DNA of 64,000 nt from Macrostomum hystrix. Lineage: Eukaryota; Animalia; Platyhelminthes. The position numbers and the translations under genes are program-made. Below the pieces are notes generated by a model. That model ran no database searches, was not told where the DNA came from, and was given only the letters and a program-made list of their open reading frames with translations. The stretch lies in the NCBI GenBank assembly GCA_950097015.1, contig CATNEN010000038.1:32364001-32428000 (forward strand), read 5' to 3'. This document shows positions 47,301 to 60,049 of the stretch, in pieces (within the stretch, counting starts at the first letter, position 1; every line of letters begins with the position of its first letter).

Positions 47301-50300
47301 CTAGGCCACTATTGACACCCTGACGCGAATTTCTCCAATTTCACTGATCAAGCCTAAATATTGGGCGCAGCTCAACCACAGGACACCATCGCCTAGTCTG
47401 TCAACCAATCAGTCACATCAGGGAAAAACGGGCGGCAAAATGGCTTGGCAGTCCTATTGTTAACCAATTGCTCTGATTGGCTAGCAATTTCCCTAAAATA
47501 TTGATTGGCTCAGAAATTAAACCTTGCAATTTTTCTGATTCAGCATGAAAGCCAATTGGGGGGTCGGTGGGAGAGCGGTTAACGCGTTTGCCTTTCGTAC
47601 CAAGGTCCCTGAGCTCGATTCCGAGGCGAGGCCACATTCATTTAAGGCGCAGCCGCGGAGAGAAGGCTTAGAGCAGGGGTCGGCAAACTCCGGCCCGCGG
47701 GCCAGATGCGGCCCTTGAAGCTCCCAAATCCGGCCCGTTGCCCCTTCTGACATCTACAGTGTCCTGTTTTATCTCTCCCGTGTCTAATCTCTCCCGTGTC
47801 TAATCTCTCCCGTGTCTAATCTCTCCCGTGTCTTGTCTTTCCTGTGTCTCATCTCTCCCCTATCTCTTATTTATACAGTCAATGCGGCCCGCTGTCGTCT
47901 TTTAGGTTCTCTCTTTGGCCCGCCAGCAAATAAGTTTGCCTACCCCTGGCTTAGAGGCTTGTCGTCCAATTCACGCCTTTCAGGGCCAACCTCCAAGGCA
48001 CAGTGAGAGTGTACACTGCCTGACGATGAGAAAGTCAGGGCAAATTTACACTACTGTGTGAGTGTGTGCTCAGGAGTCAGCGAAATGGGCAGATTGCCTC
48101 CTCGCTGGCTGCGGGTCTAGTGTCACCAAATGATTGCCCACAGCCCTACAGCATTTTTTATTATTAAAGCCTATTTTTCTCATGCTTTGGCCAACCTTAG
48201 ACCGTCTCGAGATTCAGATTGGCTAAAATTCTAGTTACCGTAAGTGTTCATATCGTCAAACAAGCCAGTATAAACCAATACTGTTTAGTTTAAGTAACAA
48301 TTCTACTTACAGGCGCCTTTCTATCAATCGGTTTAATAACGAACTTGCGATCGTTAAAGGAGATATTGCGAATCTCGGACCATGGGAAACCGATTTTCGG
48401 TGTCAGCTTGTCCTCCTGGGCGTAGATGTTCAGGCCAAGGGCGTCGATGCCTAGAAATAGGTCCGTGCCCTTCTTGTTTTTGATTTCGAAGTAATTGACG
48501 CCGTACATCTCAAGATCCTGGGCGACCTTCAGATACTCCAGCATCGCATCCTCCTTCATCTTGCCCTTCAGCTCGCGATACCAGTTCACAATTCTATCCT
48601 CCCACTCCTGCCGCGATAGTTTGTGCTGGTTGATGACGGTCTGCATATTGTGGCATTTGACAATAAATAGGTAAGACTTCTGTAGCTATGAAATACATTA
48701 AAGTAAGTAGAAAAAAAACTCTCAACGACAGGGGATTCTGGAGAATGGGATATCTAAACGACAGGGGAGTCTCTGTAATGGGATAACTAAACGACAGGGG
48801 AGTCTCTGTAATGGGATATCTAAACGACAGGGGCTTCTCTGTAATGGGATATCTAAGTGACAGGGGAGTGTCTGTAATGGGATATCTAAATGACAGGGGA
48901 TTCTCTGTAATGGGATATCTAAACGACAGGGGCTTCTCTGCAAAGTGGGATATCTAAATGACAGGGGAGTCTCTGTAATGGGATATCTAAACGACAGGGG
49001 ATTCTCTGTAATGGGATATCTAAACGACAGGGGATTCTGGAGAATGGGATATCTAAACGACAGGGGAGTCTCTGTAATGGGATATCTAAACGACAGGGGA
49101 GTCTCTGTAATGGGATATCTAAACGACAGGGGCTTCTCTGTAATGGGATATCTAAGTGACAGGGGAGTGTCTGTAATGGGATATCTAAATGACAGGGGAT
49201 TCTCTGTAATGGGATATCTAAACGACAGGGGCTTCTCTGCAAAGTGGGTTATCTAAATGACAGGGGAGTCTCTGTAATGGGATATCTAAACGACAGGGGA
49301 TTCTCTGTAATGGGATATGTAAATGACAAGGGATTCTCTGTAATGGGATATCTAAACGACACGGGCTTCTCTGTAATGGGATATCTAAACGACACGGGCT
49401 TCTCTGTAATGGGATATCTAAACGACAGGGGAGTCTCTGTAATGGGATATCTAAATGACAGGGGAGTCGCTGTAATGGGATATCTACATGACAGGGGAGT
49501 CGCTGTAATGGGATATCTAAACGACAGGGGCTTCTCTGTAATGGGATATCTAAACGACAGGGGAGTCTCTGTAATGGGATATCTAAATGACAGGGGAGTG
49601 TCTGTAATGGGATATCTAAATGACAGGGGATTCTCTGTAATGGAATATCTAAATGACAGGGGATTCTCTGTAATGGGATATCTAAGTGACAGGGGAGTGT
49701 CTGTAATGGGATATCTAAATGACAGGGGATTCTCTGTAATGGGATATCTAAACGACAGGGGCTTCTCTGCAAAGTGGGATATCTAAATGACAGGGAGTCT
49801 CTGTAATGGGATATCTAAACGACAGGGGATTCTCTGTAATGGGATATGTAAATGACAAGGGATTCTCTGTAATGGGATATCTAAACGACACGGGCTTCTC
49901 TGTAATGGGATATCTAAACGACACGGGCTTTTCTGTAATGGGATATCTAAACGACAGGGGAGTCTCTGTAATGGGATATCTACATGACAGGGGAGTCGCT
50001 GTAATGGGATATCTACATGACAGGGGAGTCGCTGTAATGGGATATCTAAACGACAGGGGCTTCTCTGTAATGGGATATCTAAACGACAGGGATTCTCTGT
50101 AATGGGATATCTAAACGACAGGGGAGTCTCTGTAATGGGATATCTAAATGACAGGGGAGTGTCTGTAATGGGATATCTAAATGACAGGGGATTCTCTGTA
50201 ATGGGATATCTAAACGACAGGGGAGTCTCTGTAATGGGATATCTAAACGACAGGGGCTTCTCTGTAATGGGATATCTAAATGACAGGGGATTCTCTGTAA

Positions 50301-52371
50301 TGGGATATCTAAACGACAGGGGCTTCTCTGCAAAGTGGGATATCTAAATGACAGGGGAGTCTCTGTAATGGGATATCTAAACGACAGGGGATTCTCTGTA
50401 ATGGGATATCTAAACGACACGGGCTTCTCTGTAATGGGATATCTAAACGACAGGGGAGTCTCTGTAATGGGATATCTACATGACAGGGGAGTGGCTGTAA
50501 TGGGATATCTACATGACAGGGGAGTCTCTGTAATGGGATATGTAAACGACAGTGGAGTCTCTTTAATGGGATATCTAAACGACAGGGGAGTCTCTTTAAT
50601 GGGATATCTAAACGACAGGGGAGTCTCTTTAATAGGATATCTAAACGACAGAGGATTCACTGTAATGGGATATCTAAACGACAGAGGATTCTCTGTAATG
50701 GGATATCTGAAGGACAGAGTATGCCAGAGGTTGAAAGCTTCAATAAAAAAGTGGTATTTTGAACAGGGATAAGAATGGGATAATTCTATATAATGATATA
50801 CTAAATTATGTAACAATCTTTCTTACCTGGGAAATAGGAAAGTGAGTCTCCTTGGTCAAGAAGCCGGTCTGGTGCACCTCAGGATTGTAGTCGCCAAATT
50901 TCACCTGGCAGGCAATGCTAGCTAGCAGCACGGCAGTCTCAGGCGGGCAGTAGATGTCGCCACGCAGGATGGCCTCCTTAACCTGCAGGTAGAACATGCG
51001 CTGAGTCACCTCCTGGATGAGCTCTTCGCAGGCGTCTTCCGGATAGAATTTGACGCGAAATTCAAACACTAGCAATGTGTCCTTGGGCACGTCTTGTTGC
51101 AGCACCTTCTTGTTCAGCTTTAGCCAGGTAGCGAAGCCTTTTACGTCGGTGTAGCGCAGACCGAAGTACCAGATCTCTCGCAGGCCGATTGTCTTCACAA
51201 CCTAGGGGTGCAACGGTTGACGTGATTTTAGTTCTGAAGCAAGAGTTTTAGTAAAAGTGAGTCATCTTTATCTGCTAGCTGTCACCCCAATCCTGAATTG
51301 ATAGATGTCAACTAATTGATGCCAACTAACTCAGGATTCCTAACCTGAAATTTATCAATCTAATCTCGACCAGTCAGCTGTCACTTAAATCCTGAATTGT
51401 GAGCGCACACTCCGATCCTGACCTTTCTAAGTCACTTACATCTTGACAGCTGTCAATCTAATCCTAACCTGTCAGCTGTCACTTCAACCCTGACATGTCA
51501 GATCTCAATCGAATCCTAACCTGTCAGCTGTCACTCTAATACTGGCTTGACAGCTGTCACTCCGAATCCTAACCTGTCAGCTGTCACTCCGAGTCCTAAC
51601 CTGTTAGATGTAACTCCGAATCCTAACCTGTCAGCTGACACTCCGAATCCTAACCTGTCAGCTGTCACTCTAATACTGGCTTGACAGCTGTCACTCCAAG
51701 CCAAACATAATCTGTCAGCTGTCACTCTAATACTGGCTTGACAGCTGTCACTCCAAGCCAAACATAATCTGTCAGCTGTCACTCTAATACTGGCTTGACA
51801 GCTGTCACTCCAAGCCAAACATAATCTGTCAGCTGTCACTCTAATACTGGCTTGACAGCTGTCACTCCAAGCCAAACATAATCTGTCAGCTGTCACTCTA
51901 ATACTGGCTTGACAGCTGTCACTCCAAGCCAAACATAATCTGTCAGCTGTCACTCTAATACTGGCTTGACAGCTGTCACTCCAAGCCAAACATAATCTGT
52001 CAGCTGTCACTCTAATACTGGCTTGACAGCTGTCACTCCAAGCCAAACATAATCTGTCAGCCAATTTAATCTAACAATTTGAGCTGCCACCTTCATTCGA
52101 TTCCTAATATATCACCTACCGTTTTCTATCACTGCACAGATGTCTCATTCGTCAAGCGAAGTAATCAAACAGGTCTATTCACTCACCTGATCAAACAGCT
52201 GCTTGCCAGTTGTGCTAGACTGGATTGCAAACTCCAGCTCAGCATCCATAGTCGTTACTTTCACATTGATCTGAATGAAAATAACGAATAATAGATTTTT
52301 ATCGGAACTAGTTTGTTTATATTATTCAATGAAATAAAATTCACGAGCAATCTACTCACAGGCTTCCCCAT
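41304..52371 (-). CDS. Ezrin/radixin/moesin (ERM) protein, ~583 aa
   Basis: Exons 52371-52360 (MGKP), 52270-52187, 51201-50827, 48640-48311, 46964-46801, 44748-44270, 43152-43117 (36-nt micro-exon, less certain), 41575-41304. FERM motifs ([33 protein letters not shown]) and actin-binding tail [23 protein letters not shown]. Confidence 0.96.
42019..42877 (-). mobile_element. Non-autonomous Crypton-like (tyrosine-recombinase DNA transposon) derivative in ERM intron
   Basis: ORF 42181..42636 (..[33 protein letters not shown]) resembles the N-terminal domain of Crypton/KCTD1/ZMYM proteins. Inverted tatgggtaggctg and actgtctatggt motifs near both ends; terminal hairpin 42841-42877. Confidence 0.5.
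43785..44084 (-). mobile_element. SINE family A copy
   Basis: Reverse complement of 23435-23741. Confidence 0.9.
44760..45155. repeat. Degenerate ggtcattgg-based tandem repeat in ERM intron
   Basis: Repeated ggtcattgg motif with ~58-bp duplicated blocks at the right end. Confidence 0.7.
45830..46785. repeat. 23-bp minisatellite (gtcaggaatgtgggtcagaatca)n in ERM intron
   Basis: About 40 tandem copies. Confidence 0.95.
47558..48165 (+). mobile_element. SINE family B copy, interrupted by a hAT MITE
   Basis: Head gggggtcggtgggagagcgg and B-box-like ctcgattcc; body resumes after 47956. Confidence 0.85.
47674..47948. mobile_element. hAT (Charlie/Buster-type) MITE, 275 bp
   Basis: TIRs caggggtcggcaaact / agtttgcctacccctg. 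Perfect 8-bp TSD gcttagag at 47666-47673 and 47949-47956 with central TA. Subterminal cggccc motifs. Confidence 0.9.
48722..50720. repeat. 33-bp minisatellite (gacaggggagtctctgtaatgggatatctaaac)n, ~60 copies, in ERM intron
   Basis: Direct tandem copies; explains the repetitive ORFs in the track. Confidence 0.97.
51270..52065. repeat. 57-bp minisatellite (two ~29-bp subunits) containing the palindrome TGACAGCTGTCA
   Basis: About seven near-identical units at 51655-52060, with a degenerate flank to the left. Confidence 0.9.
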
Positions 52372-55300
52372 GACTTCAGTTGACTGTCGAGTTGGCTTTG
52401 TTATCACAAAAACTTTAGCTTAATTACTGAAAGCAAATAATAATAATATATGATTAAACATGCTTGAGTTAGCAGGAAAACTAAATAGTAGTAAGAAAAA
52501 ATTAATCTCAACTATACAGGCAATTTAAATTAAAATTGGGTCACAGAGAACAACAAAGTACTTGTCTCTACATTGGTGATATATTAACACAGCATTTCAT
52601 CTGAAATAGTTTGCTGAACTCATAAATACAAAAGAAAAAGGTAACAAAAAGCTCATCAAATAGAAAAATGTAATAATGCTTTGTATACAGTTGATTTTAA
52701 ATTCTATATTTACTGATTAGCTACAAGCTATAAAAATTAATTAAACAAGTACAGATTGAGTTTGAATTATTTTGCTGCAACATGTTACAATAGCTGTTAT
52801 CATTGATAAAAAATTTTAACTAGCAGTCATAGAAAATAATTATTGAAGAATTTTGTCAGTAAAAAATACATTTAACCATAAAGCTACATGGTCAATACCA
52901 GCTACTGCCTATAATGGTCCATTAATTGATGACTTTGTAAGTCTCCTTTGCCACTCATATTTATGATTTATAAGTAACTATTGCTCTATTAGTAGTTTTA
53001 TTTTTTTGCAAATAGCATAATACTGATAAGAAACATAAGAGCCACTCATTTCTTAGAATTTTCTGACCTAGCTATATAACTAACAAATTATACAGTAGCT
53101 CTAAAAAATTATATACACTCAAAATGTCTGTTGTTTTTTAGCTCTGCTAATAAAGTGCAACCTTTTGTGAAATAATTAAATTGCTTAAATTATTAACTTG
53201 CTATCTGATCTGTAGGATTTATTGGATTACAAGAAACAAAAAGGACAAACTGACATTTTCAAGATGAACATACTTCCAAAAACATTATATGCCCAATGAC
53301 ACAAGTTAATTACAATTTACTAAACTTAACTAGATTATAACTATTCTTACATGGCAACAAAATGCAGATATTACCCTAAAAATAGATTTAAATAAATCAT
53401 TCTTGGTAACAAGTAAACAAATCAGCACCATTCATAAATGACATTTTAAATATATAATTGTTTTTAGCATTGATACTAAGTCACACAACCTTGCTTAGTC
53501 TTACATTATGTGCATCTGTCAGTTACATGTTAAGTAGCAAAAACCAAATTTTTAATTAAGCTAGCAAATAAACAGCTAGATCATAGCTAGGCCTTCTCAT
53601 AGAAACTCAAACTAAGAAAAAGAACAACTAAATAGAATGGTGTGAACACAAAAATATTAAGCAAATATGAAAAAAGTATAATAGCAAAAATATAGGAAAT
53701 CTTTCTAAGCACCTAAATATAGCTTTTAGTAAAGTTGGACAAATATTTTGCTCCAGTTTATAGGTAAAACTAATCTAAGATTTTTCTGTGCATCAATTGA
53801 ATAATGAATACTCAGACATGCTTTTGATCTAAATCTACAAATACTGAATATGGTATTAGTATAGTAGGTATAGTAGTGGTGTCCTATATGTATTATATAT
53901 GTTGACCATTGTATCTCAAAAGTTGTACATAAAAGGCCATATGAATTCATTAATTGAAATATTGGCTAAACATTTTTGCATATATAACTACAGCTACATG
54001 AATAAGCCTAAAGGTTTAAAGGCTCATTTTTATAAAAAAGAGAAAACAATATTTTCAATTAGTTTGTTTAGTAACAGTCTGTACTATTACCTACTATAGC
54101 TATTGGAATAAATGTTGAAAACCTACAGGTACACCATTTCTTTAGAATCAAGAAATTTTATTGTTTCCTAGCACATGTCAATATGTCATTGAACTTTGTG
54201 CAAAAATTCAAATGGGACACAACATTAAAGTGACGGCAACTGTGAAAACTTATTTACACTGCTATAATTTATGGCAGAGCTTATTCCCATGGTCCCGTGC
54301 CGATAATTTCAATTTTATCCGCACGGATCTGTGCTGATAATTTTCTGCTTATCCACATGGCAGCTTGTATGAATAGGTCTAAAACTCTTTATATAAATAT
54401 GCTGTGTCGTTAATTTCCATTTTATTCACACAGTTCTGTTCTTTGAAACAAGGCCCTTTCAGGTTTGAACGTTTTGTTGAACCCTCTAGCCAATAGATCC
54501 ACTAAGTTGAAAGTTGCCAGTGTGTTACGACAGTGTTCTACATTTCGACCTACACATTCATTAACCAACACATATGTCATCCTTTTTAATGATTGCAATA
54601 ACAACTTACTAAATCTTTTGTCATCATTACGTGTTTTCATTCGAATTGTATTGACTTAAAAAGCTAGAAGTCTATCAAAAAAAAATCCAAGGCAACCAGC
54701 AGAATTCTAGTCAGCACCAAACTCGTCACACATATCATACATCATTGTTATTATTTTACACTATGCATTGATAGTGTACACTATACATTATAGGCCCTAC
54801 TCTGAAGCAAAAGCCTTATGCTCAGAGAAGAATAGGTAGGCCTAGGGACTTGAAAGTAGACCTATTCATACAAGCTGCCATGTGGATAAGCAGAAAATTA
54901 TCGGCACGTATAATGCAGGCATGCAGATAGCAAGCTATATAATCTCTTCTATCGTCTAATACTTTGTTGTTTTTGTTTGTAGCAATATTGGCAATAGTAC
55001 CACATGCTGCATGCATGGTCATGGACCACAAACTAGCTAGCCATGTTCAACTAATTGTTAAGCTTAAACACAAGTTTAGCTAACTATAGGTAGCTAGACC
55101 TGAGCGGTTAGGCCATAAAAACTTTACAAGCATTAAGCGAGCTAGTAATAAATTTAAATTTAATAAAATAATTCCTATATTGCTGACTGTTTATCACTGC
55201 CTGCAAACAAAGCCAGTCACGCGAAAAAAATCTGAACCAATGCTTAATATCACGTTTTTCTAAAGCCTTCAGCTTAGAATATGGTAAATAAATTAGCAAG

Positions 55301-56467
55301 TAGTGAATAATAATTTGTAAGCTTACTAATAAAATACGTAATAGAGTACTATCTATGCCCCCGACATAAAATATTCAGAAACAGCAAAGGCGTGGCCGAA
55401 TTCTGTCGTTGCTAAAAATAAGTTTTTAAGAATTAAACACTGCGACATATTTTTAGTACTAGTTATTTATATATAGTATATTCATTTTACTTAGTTCTTG
55501 AATAGTCTTAAAGAGTTTTTCCTAACTCAATAAACATACACTGCTAGGAAACTTGTTATTGTAAAGAAAAATTCTCCGGTAGTTTTTACTCATTTAGTAT
55601 AGTACGTTAGCTACAGCTTATGACAAAATTAAAATTCACTTTTTATATTCATTCATATTAATTTGCTATCATAACGGCCAAAGCAGACACTATCGTAAGA
55701 TCTTGGTATATATAATGTAATCTCCATGCACATGGTATTGCTCATACACAGTTTAATTAACAACAGTGAATTGCTAATCACCTTTTTGCATCCGTCAATT
55801 AAACCTGCCACGGAACGAAATTCATTCAGTGGCATTAATATTAAAAACCTTATTTTCAATAGATAAGCGTTTTTTAACTGTGCATCTCAGTGCAATTTCA
55901 CTTTTTTATTTTTTCAATATCAAGCTGCATAAGGAAAAGCGTGCAGGCAAGTTATCTCTGTGAAAGAATTAAACAGGCAAGTTCCTTATTATATGTCTTT
56001 TATGATTATTCAGAGTTCATTTCATACATTCAAGTATTCCAATATTAAATATAATATATATAAAAGCACTTTGTAAGCGCGAATGTTACATGCATATGTT
56101 ATTAATCAGTTAGGCCGGGTACATTTATATTCTAGTAATTTAATTAAGACGACTATAATTATGTACTTCATCGAAGGATCGATAAAACTATCGTATATGT
56201 TTTCAATCTTTCGATCAAGACTTTTTCCTCGGTGAGTTTCTGTGGCGTCAACTATACACTAATAAAAATAAAAATTGTCAATCTTAAAAGTTTAAATTCC
56301 GATATATTAATTATGTGATATTCTTAATTATTTGTTGCTTGTTATATGGGTAAATCAGGGTTTAAAAATTCGGAACTCTTTATGCAGTTCTCAAATCCAG
56401 AGTATGCTGTGAGTAAATATTATAAGCGCGAGGTAACATTTCCCTGGCCAGGTGCTGAAAACCACAC

Positions 56468-57384
56468 TCAGCGGATTACAGAGGCGATAAAGTGCGCAAA
56501 CTCCTCGTATTGAATCTTGCCGTCTTCATTGCGATCAGCCGCTGAGATCATCTCGCTGATCTCCTCCTCCGTCATGCTGTTCTCGCCAAAGTGCATCAGG
56601 ATGTCCTGCAGCTCCTCGCGGCACAGGTAGCCGTTTCCGTCGCGGTCGAAGGCCTGGAAGGCGGCGATGATCTCCTGCTCAGAGTTGGTGTCCTGCAGCT
56701 TCTCGGCCATCATGGCCATGAACTCTGGAAAGTCGATCTCGCCATTTCCGTCGATGTCCACACTCTGGATCATTTCCTACAGAGAGTGGGATTTGGATTT
56801 TGGCCACCCTGCAACCAGTGCAGAAGACGACACTCCCACCCTAAGTCGCACCCAGTTAACTTCTGTTTATTTTACAGCTGAGTGAACTCAAGCAATCGGG
56901 AATCAAATTGTCTCCTATTGGGCTGAAATTCGAACCCCCGATCTCCTGAACTCTGCGATTCTCTAATCTATAGGCTAGGCTAAATGCATAGAAGTTCAAG
57001 ATACTTTAGTAAGTAACTTCTTATAAGCAGACTGTACGTCGAGTACTGGTACTTGCCTCGCTTGGTTAATTCAACGCTTTCCAAGCATTTTCCAAGAAAT
57101 TATTCATTTTAAGCGTGTGCCAGAATTGAATCGAATCTCACCGTGAGCTCCTGCTCAGAAGGATTCTGTCCCAGCGAACGCATGATGATCTCCAGCTCCC
57201 GGACGGTGATGGAGCCGCTGCCGTCCCGATCAAAGAGGGCGAAGGCCTCCTTGAACTCGGCCACCTGCTCCTCAGTCAGCTGGCTGGTGATTGCCTCCCT
57301 GGCCATCGAGTTCAGCCGTACTGGACCCTGGCCGCCGCATCGAGGGCCGCCACCGCCGCCGTCGTGTTTTCCGGTTGCCGACAT
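56468..57384 (-). CDS. Calmodulin-like protein (4 EF-hands, Gly-rich N-terminal extension), 183 aa
   Basis: Exons 57384-57142 and 56776-56468. [18 protein letters not shown] and MRSLGQNP motifs; loops [48 protein letters not shown]. Too divergent for canonical CaM. Confidence 0.93.
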
Positions 57385-58299
57385 CTGAGCTCCGTTTTAT
57401 CTAATAGCCTTTCACTTTGAAAAAAAATTGGTCGAGGCTCTTGATGATGTAATGACACGTCCTGTATAGTCTTTATAGGCTGTCCTAGGAACTAATACTC
57501 TCTACAGGAGGGCTAGCTGGAACATTTTCTGATGAATATAATAACCAGAAAGGTATTTACGAGAATAGGCACGCCTTCACAAAGGTGTTTCCGAAAACTG
57601 TGTCTCGATATAAGACCGCTGTGCCACTCAACCAAATAATTTTCCTAGCGACTAATTTTAGGTTTGGTATTGAGATAATGAAGTTCAACTTTGAACAGGA
57701 ACCTATATATATATAATGCCTCATAGCTTTAATAATTTCTCTCTTAACTGTTTTATTGCAGCAGAATCACAGGAGTTAATAATTCGTTTACATATAGTTA
57801 ACCCCTTGTTGGAAAACAAATGGAAACGAATTTAAAACGAATTCCGCGCCATAATATGCGGGAGGTCTTATATATGAAAACCCACCTAACCAGTATTTAA
57901 AGGACCGATTCTTCATATTCTTTTATTGCAAAACTTTCAATCAAAATAGGACGAAGAAAGAAACTTAGAAGGAGAAAAATACAGACAAATGAAAAATGAT
58001 ATAATGAATTTGGGGCTTTGCTAAATCAATTGATGCGAGAATAAAAGTGTCGGATATTGAATTATGCTTAGTCCTAGGTTTATCAATAAGATAATTAATA
58101 GGACTCAATCAGGCAATGTGATTGTGTATACGAGTCATATTCTAAGAGAAGTACTTTTAAGGTTTGTGGGGAAGTCGCAGTTCCAAAGCAAATTCTATGA
58201 AACAGAGTATCGTTTCTCTGTGCATTTCTCTCATGAGTTAATTGTCTATGACCCGGCCAAGCCACGGTACTCGATGTTTAGAATCTGGAAAGTTAATAA

Positions 58300-58573
58300 T
58301 AATGTAACAGTAATGGGCCAGCCCAGCCGCAGCTATTGCGCGGCGCATCTGAAGGCTGCGTACCGCTGTTCAGTCCATGGACTGGGGGACGCCACACCCA
58401 CCCTCAATGACCCCAGATGTTGTTACCCATATAAAAGCTGGGTTAACTGAAAAAATCTAAAAAAATGCTAAGTTAAGTGTCTTGTTAAAGAACTCAATTT
58501 GTTCCAGTGGAGTCGGAAATCGAACCCTCGACCTTCAAGTCGTGAGCCGACGCTCCGACCACTAGGCTGCAAG
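58300..58573 (-). mobile_element. SINE family A copy (diverged)
   Basis: Reverse complement similar to 23435-23741. Confidence 0.8.
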
Positions 58574-59616
58574 CACTTGCCCTTGAAGAGTTTCGAGAGA
58601 CATTTTCCGTTGCGAACATGTGGTCGAAATTTGACCGCCTGGCAAAGCTAATAAACTGAGATGCCAGGCTCTTTGGTGTACAGCTATAGGGGCGACCCTT
58701 GAATATAACAATATTCTAGAGAGGTGGTTATTGCCTTACAATGAGCAGCGTAAACACTTTTTAGCCCATGTACTAAAAGTTTTATACTAGGGGGAATATC
58801 ACCCCTTTGGTTTTTCTAATGTTAGCAGCTATCGAATATAGAACTTTTCTTGGGCGCACTTAAATATAATACGGTTTTCAATATCGGACTTACAGCTGAG
58901 TCGAAAGATTCGTTCCAGGCGCTTGTTTGGTTCGTCTTTTACTGAAGAAATGAGATTCGCTCACGATTGCAAAATAATCCCTAAAGAAATTATGCCAGAA
59001 AAACTGCCTAGTCAAAGCACGCGTCTTTATTTATACTCGTATATAGTAAGACGCGGAACGGACCAATTGTGGGGATTTGCCAGTGGCAGATGGGGCATAA
59101 TATTAAACTGCTGCTTGTAGCAAGCTCTTCCCTGCAATGTACTCTCTCCCGGCCTCCTCACTTGGTTCCCGTGAGATATTAGAGTCTCCCGGAGCAGAAA
59201 GGCAAAACATTGCTGGAGAAGTGAGCTCATGTCACTAAAAAATATATGGGCGAGAAGTAGATTTTCCAATCTAAGAAGGACGGAAATGAGGATCAGAGCT
59301 CAGAGGCCATTGCTGGCTTGGACTGGCGTTTGTTCTTAGAAGAGACTTGGCAGTGCGCGCTCTCTCTCTCTCTGTCTCTCTCTTACCGTGCAGCAGCTGC
59401 TACAGCTAGGTCAGCGAAGGTGAAGACCAAACATGGGATTCAATAAATGGGAACACTGAAAAATAATAATACTCTTCAGTAGGAAAATGAAGAAATGCAT
59501 GAGCACTAAATTACCTCACGAATAAGCTTGAGGGATTTTCACAGATTGCGCAGGCTTATAACGGCTGACAGAAAAAATTAGGTAAAAAGGTCGCAACATG
59601 CAAAGACCGCAGAGTT

Positions 59617-59645
59617 ATTAATAAAAAATAATACATAAATAAATA

Positions 59646-59684
<39 letters not shown>

Positions 59685-60035
59685 TACAGGAAGGGCTGTG
59701 GGCAATGGCAAATCATTTGGTGACACTAGACCCGCAGCCAGCGAGGAGGCAATTCTGCCCATTTCGCTGACTCCGGTGCACACACGCACACAGATACTGT
59801 ACGCAGGCATACGCTCACACAGGTGTGTACATCTGCCCTGACTTTCTCATCGTCAGGCAGTGTACACTTTCACTGTGCCTTGGGAGGTCGGCCCTCAAGG
59901 GCGTAAATTGCACGACAAGCCCCCAAAGCCTTCTCTCCGCGGCTGGGCCCCAAAAATGTTGCCTCGCCGTGGAATCGAACTTAGTGACCTTGGTGCGAGA
60001 GGCAAACGCTTTAGCCGCTCTGCCACCGACCCCCT
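59617..60035 (-). mobile_element. Full-length SINE family B with target-site duplication
   Basis: tRNA-like head (A-box tggcagagcgg, B-box gttcgattcc) and (att)n tail. 12-bp TSD gaccgcagagtt at 59605-59616 and 60036-60047. Confidence 0.92.
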
Positions 60036-60049
60036 GACCGCAGAGTTGG

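Noticed and set aside
45754-52064. Long repetitive ORFs (MGYLNDRG.., SESVRNVGQ.., [10 protein letters not shown]..)
   Set aside because: Translations of intronic minisatellites within the ERM gene.
57596-57890. pogo/Fot1-like ends (atataagacc / ggtcttatat)
   Set aside because: Only a 10-bp inverted match; ends and TSD cannot be defined.
59820-59870. Hammerhead ribozyme in SINE B (CUGACGA..GAAA..GUC on the SINE strand)
   Set aside because: No room for stems II and III; better explained as a simple hairpin with ctgac pairing gtcag.
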